A stretch of 40,792 nt of DNA from the IMG/VR virus record IMGVR_UViG_3300029231_000023, positions 1 through 40,792 of that record; one strand, written 5' to 3'. The notes beneath the pieces were generated by a model. The model saw nothing but the letters and a program-made list of their open reading frames with translations. It did no database searches and was not told the origin of the DNA. This document shows positions 1 through 6,475 of the stretch, piece after piece (positions within the stretch are counted from its first letter, which is position 1; each line of letters starts with the position of its first letter). The translations under genes were made by a program, and so were the position numbers. This DNA comes from a virus.

Positions 1-150
1 TGGCGGAGTAGCCCGAGCTGCCGATCTTGGCGGAGTCGCCCGAGCTGCCGATCTGGGCGTAGTCGCCCGAGCTGCCGATCTTGGCGTAGTCGCCCGAGCT
101 GCCGATCTTGGCGGAGTCGCCCGAGCTGCCGATCTTGGCGGAGTCGCCCG
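1..150. repeat. 27-bp tandem repeat, 5.5 units (left part of a 14.5-unit array)
   Basis: Units tggcggagt[ac]gcccgagctgccgatct at 1, 28, 55, 82 and 109, with a partial unit at 136. They encode G[D/Y][S/Y]A[K/Q]IGSS on the minus strand. Confidence 0.95.
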
Positions 151-511
151 TACCAATTTCACTTTTCGGCATATTGTCGATTGTCTGTTCCTTTGTGTAA
201 TCGATACACGCCTTTACAAATCCAGCGAAGCTCAGCTTCGCGCCGATATGCAGTTTCTTCGCCGCAAATTTCCCGTTACTTCCGGAAACTGGCGGATCGA
301 GCGCTTCGACTTCTGCGAAATCTGAAAACTTCCCGTTTTCACCTACGAGATCGTAGAAGTTAAGGGTATCGAAGGGGTTGACGCAGTAGTGCATCATTCC
401 TTTGCCGCAGATCGCGCCACCTGCCTCTTCGTAGTCCGTGTTCTCGGCATACTGCTTGCCTCGGCAGATCATACCGGGCGCAAATGCCTTGTAGCCTTTT
501 GCGTTTTCCAT
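1..511 (-). CDS. 5' part of early repeat protein (N-terminal Cys-containing globular domain plus start of 9-aa repeat array); continues in frame at 40792->40320
   Basis: ATG at 511..509 with GAAGGAGG 7 nt upstream. My translation is MENAKGYKAFAPGMICRGKQY...KEQTIDNMPKSEIGT followed by GDSAKIGSS repeats, open to position 1. It is absent from the ORF track because there is no stop inside the window. Confidence 0.8.
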   Translation of the reverse strand, partial: MENAKGYKAFAPGMICRGKQYAENTDYEEAGGAICGKGMMHYCVNPFDTLNFYDLVGENGKFSDFAEVEALDPPVSGSNGKFAAKKLHIGAKLSFAGFVKACIDYTKEQTIDNMPKSEIGTGDSAKIGSSGDSAKIGSSGDYAKIGSSGDYAQIGSSGDSAKIGSSGYSA

Positions 512-528
512 AATGTTTCCTCCTTCAT

Positions 529-750
529 TCATGCTGTCTTTTGTTCAAATCCCAGCGCCCCGGCCAGTTCCGATTCGCTGTACTCATCCTGCACATAGTC
601 CCCGAAGCACTCCGTATGTACCAGCACTCCGTTGCAGCAGAAGCACTCAGTTCCTTCATAGATGTCTTCCCGGCAGTATGCGCACTGGCCGACGATCTTC
701 GGTTCCGGTTCTTCAATGCCGAGATACAAATTTTCACCATTGTATGCCAC
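529..750 (-). CDS. Small Cys-rich (zinc-ribbon-like) early protein
   Basis: ORF 529..819. The likely start is GTG at 750 with AGGAG 10 nt upstream. Motifs CAYC...CFCC...HTEC are present. Confidence 0.4.
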   Translation of the reverse strand: MAYNGENLYLGIEEPEPKIVGQCAYCREDIYEGTECFCCNGVLVHTECFGDYVQDEYSESELAGALGFEQKTA

Positions 751-1084
751 TTCGCTCTGCCTCCTCTCTGAACAGCCGCTCGCACAGACTCTGCACGGTT
801 GCGCAGCCCTTCGTCTCACACAGCCGTTGCAACGCCGCCGCGCCGCTTTTTGTCAGCCGGAAGTAGAACCGGCAGGATTTCCTTCGTTTCTCCGGCTTCG
901 GCGCTCCTGAGGCGTCCAGCGCCTTGATCGCCGCAGCTGCCTCCGGAACAAGCTGTACGCCGTATTTCTCCGGCGCTTCGCACTGAGAAAGCAGGCATTT
1001 GTTGAACTTCGGGTAGTCGGCCCGAACCGCCTCGACACAGGCTTTCGCACCATGCCGGACGCGGGAATCCGTTAAACTTGACAT
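734..1084 (-). CDS. Hypothetical early protein
   Basis: 116-aa ORF in the minus-strand early operon. No motif recognised. Confidence 0.5.
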   Translation of the reverse strand: MSSLTDSRVRHGAKACVEAVRADYPKFNKCLLSQCEAPEKYGVQLVPEAAAAIKALDASGAPKPEKRRKSCRFYFRLTKSGAAALQRLCETKGCATVQSLCERLFREEAERSGIQW

Positions 1085-1168
1085 AGGTTCCTTTCTGCCC
1101 TATAATGAGGGCGACAATCGTTTTCCTTTCGGCCTCTGTCGCGTTGCCGCGCGGCAGGGGTCATTTCT

Positions 1169-1414
1169 TTATGCCAGCCCGTACAGCAACGCGACGAGTG
1201 CGACCAGACCGGTCAGAGCGCATTCATACGTCATTCCCGCCATCCCGGCCACCGCCGACAGGATCATCGCCGCGCCGCTCGTCCAGAGGCACAGGCCCTT
1301 GATGATCCGCAGTGTTGCCTTGCGGGCCTCCAATTCCTCAAGCAGCCGCGCCTGCCGCTCCTCGGTCGATTCCTCTGGCTTATACCCGAGCCGCTCTGCA
1401 AGATTGGTTCTCAT
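1169..1414 (-). CDS. Small membrane protein (C-terminal hydrophobic helices)
   Basis: 81-aa ORF whose C-terminal roughly 40 aa are hydrophobic (GLCLWTSGAAMILSAVAGMAG...LVALVALLYGLA). Confidence 0.5.
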   Translation of the reverse strand: MRTNLAERLGYKPEESTEERQARLLEELEARKATLRIIKGLCLWTSGAAMILSAVAGMAGMTYECALTGLVALVALLYGLA

Positions 1415-1650
1415 TCTGCGTCCTCCTTCGTCTCCGGCATTTCCACCCGCTCGAAGATCGTATCTGCGAGGCGTATCTCATCTTCAGCGTCCTGCCTGTA
1501 GGTTTCAATTAGGTTGCGCATTTCTGCATTGTCCCAGCCTCCGAACCGCGCTTCGAGCCTTTCCGCCCTCCGGCGGTCTTCGTATGCCGTGCAGCGGAGT
1601 GCGCACTCGATCACCTCCAGCTCAGTCGCGCTTAAGATCAATCTGCACAT
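1411..1650 (-). CDS. Hypothetical early protein
   Basis: 79-aa ORF with a 4-nt overlap to the next gene. Confidence 0.5.
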   Translation of the reverse strand: MCRLILSATELEVIECALRCTAYEDRRRAERLEARFGGWDNAEMRNLIETYRQDAEDEIRLADTIFERVEMPETKEDAE

Positions 1651-1865
1651 GGTTTCTTTGCCTCCTTCGTCTCCTGCATCCGCCTGATGAGCCGCGCCAG
1701 ACGGGCGCTTTGTGTAACGAGCTTCTGCGCGTCCATGTCAAGCCCCTTGCGCTTGAGTCCGTTAATGATCTGCGCCGTCTGGCACTCGCAGACCAGCGCC
1801 GCCTCGATCAGATCATGCAGCTCCTGCGCATTCAGCGTCAGGGTGTAGGTCTTCACTTCCGCCAT
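1638..1865 (-). CDS. Hypothetical early protein (75 aa)
   Basis: Internal ATG at 1865 preceded by GAAGGAGG (MAEVKTYTLTLNAQEL...). The upstream part of ORF 1638..2180 is not protein-like. Confidence 0.55.
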   Translation of the reverse strand: MAEVKTYTLTLNAQELHDLIEAALVCECQTAQIINGLKRKGLDMDAQKLVTQSARLARLIRRMQETKEAKKPCAD

Positions 1866-1899
1866 GTTGCATCCTCCTTCTGTCCACTCCTTTTTCGAT

Positions 1900-2241
1900 T
1901 TCTGTTCGTTGCTTCGCGATTCGTTGCCGCTGCGAGGCGGCGCTTTGCTTCGCTCTTCCCTTGCTTTGCATTCGTTGCTGTGCCGTAGCTGCGCATAGCC
2001 TTCGATGATTTGCCATACCATTGCCCATCGTCGCTTTGCCATTCCGCTGCCTGTCATCGCGTCGCGTTCCGATGCTTTGCCAAGCCCCTGCGTTGCCAGT
2101 CTTTGCCCTGCCATGCCATTCCATAGCATATCCACGCCTCGCTCTGCCGTTGCGCATCTACGCCAGTCAGTACAGAGCAATTCCGTTGCCGTTCACCGCT
2201 GCTCTCGGCGATGCGCTTCCCTCGCAAGTCCCTGCGTGGCC
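1900..2241. repeat. ORF-poor region with iteron-like short direct repeats
   Basis: (T)TTGCC(A/C) occurs at 2009, 2021, 2035, 2076, 2093, 2102 and 2186, all in the same orientation. CGTTGC/TTGCTT copies lie in 1905-1980. A 16-nt direct repeat AAG[C/T]CCCTGCGT[T/G]GCC occurs at 2082 and 2226. Confidence 0.6.
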
Positions 2242-2253
2242 TCACCCTTGCAC

Positions 2254-2841
2254 TTAACCATTCAGAACCTCGTAGGTAAATCTGCCCTTGCCGGAGTTCC
2301 GCCACTGGCCGATGCCGCGCAGGCGGCCATACTCCAGCCATTCCAGCACTGCCTCTTTGTGTGCCTTTTCGTCGAGCATCACGATATCAAGCTCGATGGA
2401 ACTGCCCGCCGGGATTTCCTCGGAGTTCGCAAGGCTGACCCGCTCGCCCTGTGCGGTCTGCGCACGAAGCGCCCTCTGGCATTCGCCGATCTCGCCGTTG
2501 ACCTCAATGGGAATCATGCGCGGCTCTACAAAGATCAGGCCGTCGATGATCTTCTTATAGGCTTTCAGGGCGCTGGATTTCTTGGCTTTCACGCGTGCCA
2601 GCATACCGCAGGCGTCCTTGAAGAACCCTTTAATTTGATAATCGTACAGAATCGGCTGTCCGTCGGTACGCGGGAAAACGGTTTTGCCCTTTTCGGCGAC
2701 AGCGTCCGCGCCGAGCGCTGCGATCTCATCCTTAATCGTGCTTGCGTCCGGGGCCTTGCTTGCGATAAAGTCCCGTGCAATGTTCTCGTTGCTCGGCCAT
2801 GTGCCAAGAACCGGCTCCAAAAATGTTAATCTGACTTTCAT
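2254..2841 (-). CDS. Conserved-looking early phage protein of unknown function
   Basis: 195-aa ORF with a C-terminal Gly-rich loop GIGQWRNSGKGRF. Third gene of the early leftward operon. Confidence 0.6.
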   Translation of the reverse strand: MKVRLTFLEPVLGTWPSNENIARDFIASKAPDASTIKDEIAALGADAVAEKGKTVFPRTDGQPILYDYQIKGFFKDACGMLARVKAKKSSALKAYKKIIDGLIFVEPRMIPIEVNGEIGECQRALRAQTAQGERVSLANSEEIPAGSSIELDIVMLDEKAHKEAVLEWLEYGRLRGIGQWRNSGKGRFTYEVLNG

Positions 2842-2851
2842 TTGTTCCTCC

Positions 2852-3052
2852 TCATGCTCCGAGAAACCGCAAAAACGGCTCTCTCGGGATCTTTACTCTG
2901 TGCTTGCTTGTGCAGCAAACCGGGAAGCCCAGCTTTTCAGGCCGTTCCCTCGCCATCAAGCGAAGCCATTGCGGGGTACAGCCGAGCACCTGCGCCGCCT
3001 CGCTTGCGAGGATTGTGGGCTTTGACATTGCCCGGATATCGTCCAGCGTCAT
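2852..3052 (-). CDS. Excisionase-like / MerR-type HTH DNA-binding protein
   Basis: Start at internal ATG 3052, an ATGA overlap with the upstream gene. Sequence MTLDDIRAMSKPTILASEAAQVLGCTPQWLRLMA. Confidence 0.5.
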   Translation of the reverse strand: MTLDDIRAMSKPTILASEAAQVLGCTPQWLRLMARERPEKLGFPVCCTSKHRVKIPREPFLRFLGA

Positions 3053-3246
3053 TTTTCCTCCTTTCTCGGCTTTAATAGCTCGTCCACTGTGCAGCCGTAC
3101 AGAGCTGCGATTTCGTGCAGGCGCGCTGTCTTCGGATACATCTGCCCGGTTTCCCACAGATAAACGGATGCGTCTGAAACCTTTAGCGCCTTGACTACCT
3201 GTTGAACGGTCAATCCAGCGGCAAGCCTCGCTTCCTTAAAACCCAT
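3049..3246 (-). CDS. XRE-family HTH protein, Cro-like
   Basis: 65 aa with HTH LTVQQVVKALKVSDASVYLWETG. RBS AGGAGG. First gene left of the operator region. Confidence 0.7.
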   Translation of the reverse strand: MGFKEARLAAGLTVQQVVKALKVSDASVYLWETGQMYPKTARLHEIAALYGCTVDELLKPRKEEK

Positions 3247-3270
3247 GCCTTTACATACCTCCTGTCTGAG

Positions 3271-3313
3271 AATACTAAGTTTTTCTTGACAACTTAGTGA
3301 ATTGTGTTATTAT
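3271..3313 (+). promoter_or_regulatory. Rightward promoter overlapped by a palindromic operator
   Basis: TTGACA at 3286-3291, 16-nt spacer, TGtTATTAT at 3305-3313. Inverted repeat ACTAAGTT (3274-3281) / AACTTAGT (3291-3298). Confidence 0.6.
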
Positions 3314-3399
3314 GAAAGTACCACCTATCATTATTTCACAATCCGATAAGCTGTCCGGGGCGGTGTTCTTTTCACGCCTCATAAGCCGAGGCATGAATC

Positions 3400-3621
3400 A
3401 TGTGCAAGTCGTTCAGAGAAAGAATCAGGTTGTTTCTCAATCGGAATAAGCGTTACAAGTCCATAGAAGAAAACGGTCTAAATGTGCTTGTCGAAACCGA
3501 AGGCTCGAAAGCACGCACGGAGAAAAGGCGGTTTCTTATCAACATGTTTTTCACCGTCGTATCTGCCGTCGCCGCAGTCGCTGCCGCGATATTTGCCGCC
3601 CTTACTTACATCAACTCGTAA
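3400..3621 (+). CDS. Small tail-anchored membrane protein (73 aa) in the immunity region
   Basis: Basic N-terminus and a C-terminal TM helix (FFTVVSAVAAVAAAIFAALTY). GAGG lies 9 nt upstream, and the promoter at 3286-3313 lies upstream. Confidence 0.5.
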   Translation: MCKSFRERIRLFLNRNKRYKSIEENGLNVLVETEGSKARTEKRRFLINMFFTVVSAVAAVAAAIFAALTYINS

Positions 3622-3723
3622 CGGAAGGCAATGACCGCACGCGCAATGAAACGTCCCGAACTGGTCATATCCGCAGTCTGAACCAACAATCTGAAATCCC
3701 CATATATACTTGTCTTTCTTCAC
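3478..3723 (-). CDS. Doubtful ORF antisense to 3400..3621
   Basis: GTG start with AGGTGA 4 nt upstream, downstream of a consensus promoter. Its C-terminal half is the G/D/C/R-rich mirror of the opposite TM helix, which looks like an antisense artefact. Confidence 0.25.
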   Translation of the reverse strand: MKKDKYIWGFQIVGSDCGYDQFGTFHCACGHCLPLRVDVSKGGKYRGSDCGDGRYDGEKHVDKKPPFLRACFRAFGFDKHI

Positions 3724-3760
3724 GCCATCACCTCACTTGTAAGTTCCGCCCTAACAAAAA

Positions 3761-3811
3761 CTATTATAACTAAGTTTACTAAGAATGTCAACAAAAACTT
3801 AGTTATAATAG
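3761..3811 (-). promoter_or_regulatory. Leftward consensus promoter embedded in a 16-bp-arm inverted repeat (main switch operator)
   Basis: On the minus strand: TTGACA (3791-3786), 17-nt spacer, TATAAT (3768-3763). Arms are CTATTATAACTAAGTT (3761-3776) and AACTTAGTTATAATAG (3796-3811). A TATAAT also reads on the plus strand at 3804-3809. Confidence 0.7.
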
Positions 3812-3844
3812 TACTGCATTTTGAACAATTATTTATTGACTAAT

Positions 3845-4201
3845 ATGGACACAATAGACAAAATCAATTATTACTTGACCAAGAACAAAAAGACCGGCGC
3901 TGACTTGTGCGAATTTCTCGGTGTATCTAGTGGCGTTTATAGTCAGTGGAACACTAGGAGGACAAAGCCAAGAAAGAGCAAGCTCCCGGCTGTCGCAGAA
4001 TATCTCGGTGTATCAGTAGCAGACTTGCTGCCGGACGATGACCCGTCTGCGGGCATAAAAAAAGACCCCATCCCGAAGGATGAGGCGGTGAGTTCTGCCG
4101 CGCAGGAGATATTTGATTTCTTGGATTCTGCGTCCGGCGAAGAACTCGCGGACGTGATCAAATATATCCGGTATTTGAAAAGCCAGAGGGGGCAAGCATG
4201 A
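3845..4201 (+). CDS. CI-like XRE-family repressor (no S24 peptidase domain)
   Basis: HTH TGADLCEFLGVSSGVYSQWNTRR. ATG at 3845, with an alternative TTG at 3821. Divergent from the leftward consensus promoter. Confidence 0.65.
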   Translation: MDTIDKINYYLTKNKKTGADLCEFLGVSSGVYSQWNTRRTKPRKSKLPAVAEYLGVSVADLLPDDDPSAGIKKDPIPKDEAVSSAAQEIFDFLDSASGEELADVIKYIRYLKSQRGQA

Positions 4202-4425
4202 AAATTCCGTCTTTTTCAGATTTCAAAGCGCAGCTCGACATCGAGGCCGCAGCATATGACTTTGAAAATGCGTTAACTGCATTTACTGCGGGAAATTCTC
4301 TCCCGTTTTCTGCGGAGCAGGTGTCTGCTCTTGCATCGTGCTCTGTCGCTGTTTCTCTTGTGCTTCTGCAACAATATCATACATGGCTTTCCGAAACGCT
4401 TCAGTCATTGCATGAATTGGAGTGA
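4198..4425 (+). CDS. Hypothetical protein coupled to the CI-like gene (conflicts with antisense ORF 4283..4438)
   Basis: ATGA overlap with the CI-like stop codon. GAGGGGG lies upstream. 75 aa. Confidence 0.4.
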   Translation: MKIPSFSDFKAQLDIEAAAYDFENALTAFTAGNSLPFSAEQVSALASCSVAVSLVLLQQYHTWLSETLQSLHELE

Positions 4426-4438
4426 ATGGCCTACTCAT
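4283..4438 (-). CDS. Small ORF (51 aa), not in the ORF track, antisense to 4198..4425
   Basis: AAGGAGGG lies 5 nt upstream of the ATG at 4438. Sequence MSRPFTPIHAMTEAFRKAMYDIVAEAQEKQ... Confidence 0.3.
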   Translation of the reverse strand: MSRPFTPIHAMTEAFRKAMYDIVAEAQEKQRQSTMQEQTPAPQKTGENFPQ

Positions 4439-4574
4439 GCATACCCTCCTTAATCATTCTCAAAAGTTCTTCCTGTTCTTCAACCGAAAGTTCTAACACG
4501 ATCCGCTTTAGCTGTGTGCGAATCTGCTCTATCTGGCTGCTATCATAGCACACTTCCTGTAAATTTTCCAGCAT
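4431..4574 (-). CDS. Small ORF (47 aa), not in the ORF track
   Basis: GGAGG lies 5 nt upstream of the ATG at 4574. Sequence MLENLQEVCYDSSQIEQIRTQLKRIVLELSVEEQEELLRMIKEGMHE. No competing ORF on the plus strand. Confidence 0.4.
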   Translation of the reverse strand: MLENLQEVCYDSSQIEQIRTQLKRIVLELSVEEQEELLRMIKEGMHE

Positions 4575-4764
4575 TGTGGCCTCCTATCTCCAAACTTCCA
4601 AATTTCGACGTCTATTTTTGTGCTGGTTCGGCATTGCTGTGGCTGGTTCTAGGTGGTAATATGTAATTTTTTACAGCGCTTGCATAGAAAACGCTGTAAT
4701 CTGGTGGTGATTTCAGATTTTCAACTTTTTTAAGAACAACAAAAAGCCAAAATTCAAGATAGAA

Positions 4765-5352
4765 ATGCACGCATTCGAAAACGGTCGCGAGGTCGAGCTC
4801 AAGCCTGATGCTTCACCATCGAGTGATATTCCGGACTTCGAAGAGATGAAGTTTATCAACGAGCATATCAAGCCGTATGAGGATATTATGATTGGCTTTT
4901 CCGTCGCGCTAAAAGAGCGGCATGGGCTTGACGAGGAAATCAGTCTTCTCGAATGCGAGATTTCCGCATATAACGATCTTCGGCAATTCTGTATATCTTG
5001 CGGAAGAAAACAGTATTTTGAAGAAGAGTGGGGAAAGCCCCTTCGGAAAATGCCAGGAGGAACTACATATATTACCCCAGCAACTGATCGTCTAAACTAT
5101 TTAAAGGAAAACTATCAGGAGTTGAAGCAGCGAGAAAATATAAGAGTTTCTATTCTTCCAACATTAGATGCAGATTTACTCGCTTTTATCTCTAAGGCCC
5201 AGCCAGTTTTACAAACCGATATATATAAGGCGTTTGATAATGCCATCAAGGAAGACATTAAAGAGCATCTTTATTTTCTGGATAAAAGCGGGCAGATATC
5301 CCGGGTAAAGCACGGAAGCACTTACGTTGTCTCGCTTCATATGTGTTTATAA
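4765..5352 (+). CDS. AT-rich orphan protein with a C-terminal winged-helix-like segment
   Basis: 195-aa ORF in visibly AT-richer DNA than the rest of the phage. Weak RBS. C-terminal sequence LLAFISKAQPVLQTDIYKAF...YFLDKSGQISRVKHGSTYVV. Confidence 0.5.
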   Translation: MHAFENGREVELKPDASPSSDIPDFEEMKFINEHIKPYEDIMIGFSVALKERHGLDEEISLLECEISAYNDLRQFCISCGRKQYFEEEWGKPLRKMPGGTTYITPATDRLNYLKENYQELKQRENIRVSILPTLDADLLAFISKAQPVLQTDIYKAFDNAIKEDIKEHLYFLDKSGQISRVKHGSTYVVSLHMCL

Positions 5353-5372
5353 GGCATTTTATTCCCACTCTC

Positions 5373-5555
5373 TTAATGCAGCACGTGCGGCCCCCGGCGT
5401 TCTTCCTGCTCCCGGCCTATGTCGGCGACGCAGGAAAAGAGCAGCGGCACGCCCTTGATGTAGTCCACGCTGACGCTGTGCACGTCTGTCAGCTTCGCAC
5501 CGTCTACTGTTACATCCACTTTCCCGTTGTTTACCCGGATGTTGATGCACTCCAT
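5373..5555 (-). CDS. Small protein (60 aa) under an operator-controlled consensus promoter
   Basis: ATG at 5555 with AGGAGG upstream. Sequence MECINIRVNNGKVDVTVDGAKL... Confidence 0.55.
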   Translation of the reverse strand: MECINIRVNNGKVDVTVDGAKLTDVHSVSVDYIKGVPLLFSCVADIGREQEERRGPHVLH

Positions 5556-5575
5556 ATTTTTTCCTCCTGTCATTT

Positions 5576-5614
5576 ATTATAGAACGATTGTTCTAAAAAT
5601 CAACATGGTATTAT
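5576..5614. promoter_or_regulatory. Divergent promoter pair sharing the palindrome TAGAACGATTGTTCTA
   Basis: Minus strand: TTGATT (5603-5598), 16-nt spacer, TATAAT (5581-5576). Plus strand: TTGTTC (5588-5593), 15-nt spacer, TGgTATTAT (5606-5614). The palindrome spans 5580-5595. Confidence 0.6.
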
Positions 5615-5705
5615 GAACAAACAGACCGTGTTATTTTTGGGAATCAGGAATCCGATGGTGTACAGTTTATGGGACTGATGATTTGATATAATATTCGGTT
5701 TGACC

Positions 5706-5738
5706 GGCCCCATCGTATCTGGAACATACGGTGGGGCC
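5706..5738 (+). other. Strong hairpin in the long 5' leader of the XRE-TM/integrase operon
   Basis: GGCCCCATCGTAT / ATACGGTGGGGCC, a 13-bp stem with one G-U pair and a 7-nt loop. Only a weak T tract follows. Confidence 0.4.
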
Positions 5739-5899
5739 ATTTCAGCAGATGCAGGATTCAGGAACTATCTGCTACGTTTTCATTGTACCAGATAATGTTT
5801 GTAAGAAAAGGGTGAATCCTGCGTTCTTGTCACATGTTTTGCATTTTTATATGGAAAATGTAAGAAATAAAACTGAAACTTACGAATGGAGGCGTAATC

Positions 5900-6475
5900 A
5901 TGTCCGCAATACAGGATCTCGCTCCGTTTATCGGCGCGTATCAGGGGAAGATCAGAAGGGCAAAAGATGCAAGCGGGATGACGTTGGAGGAGCTGTCGAA
6001 CGAGTCCGGCGTTTCCTTCTCTGCCGTGAGCCGATTATACGCTGGAACACAAGCGGATCCACGGCTTTACAACTCGGCTGCACTATGCAAAACGCTCGGG
6101 TTGTCGCTCGACGAGCTGTTCGGCCTTGAAAATCCCGTCGGAAGCCCGGAAAAGCTGACCAAGCAGATCCATCATGTCGAGCTTGAAAACGCCAAGCTGG
6201 AGGCAACAGCGGCCGCGCAAAGCGCACAGATAAAGTCTACACATACAATGTGTTACGTCCTCGCCCTGTTTTGTATGCTGCTCTCCTTTTCTCTGATTGC
6301 CTGCCTTGTGACGGATGCGCAGAGTCGGAGCGCAGGCCTCATTCGCGGTGGAGATTTGTCCGTAGCTGCATGGGTTTGCATTGCCCTGATCGTAGGTTCA
6401 GCGCTGGCTTCGGCAATTACTTTCTACGCGATCCGAAAAGAACGTGGAGGGAAACATGGAGTGCATCAAGTGTAA
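5900..6475 (+). CDS. Membrane-anchored XRE-family HTH protein
   Basis: N-terminal HTH (MTLEELSNESGVSFSAVSRLYAG), a coiled segment, then two hydrophobic helices (MCYVLALFCMLLSFSLIACLV; AAWVCIALIVGSALASAITFYAI). GGAGG RBS. Overlaps the integrase start. Confidence 0.65.
   Translation: MSAIQDLAPFIGAYQGKIRRAKDASGMTLEELSNESGVSFSAVSRLYAGTQADPRLYNSAALCKTLGLSLDELFGLENPVGSPEKLTKQIHHVELENAKLEATAAAQSAQIKSTHTMCYVLALFCMLLSFSLIACLVTDAQSRSAGLIRGGDLSVAAWVCIALIVGSALASAITFYAIRKERGGKHGVHQV

Noticed and set aside
1-172. ATG at 172 (MPKSEIGT...) as the start of the repeat protein
   Set aside because: The frame stays open upstream for another 113 codons to an ATG at 511 that has a strong GAAGGAGG RBS, and the upstream part translates to a protein-like domain.
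181-866. Plus-strand ORFs 181..363, 389..598, 513..866 and 541..771
   Set aside because: They are antisense to the N-terminal domain of the repeat protein and to the small Cys-rich gene. They have no RBS and an implausible composition.
1299-2829. ORFs 1299..1988 (+), 2005..2829 (+), 1813..2157 (-) and 2054..2341 (-), and the 5' extension of 1638..2180 (-)
   Set aside because: Their translations are low-complexity (Arg/Ala/Pro/Ser-rich). They lack RBSs and either oppose good minus-strand genes or span the iteron-like non-coding region.
5731-6129. ORF 5731..6129 (+) of 132 aa
   Set aside because: It overlaps the well-supported HTH gene 5900..6475 in another frame. It starts inside a hairpin and its sequence is not protein-like.
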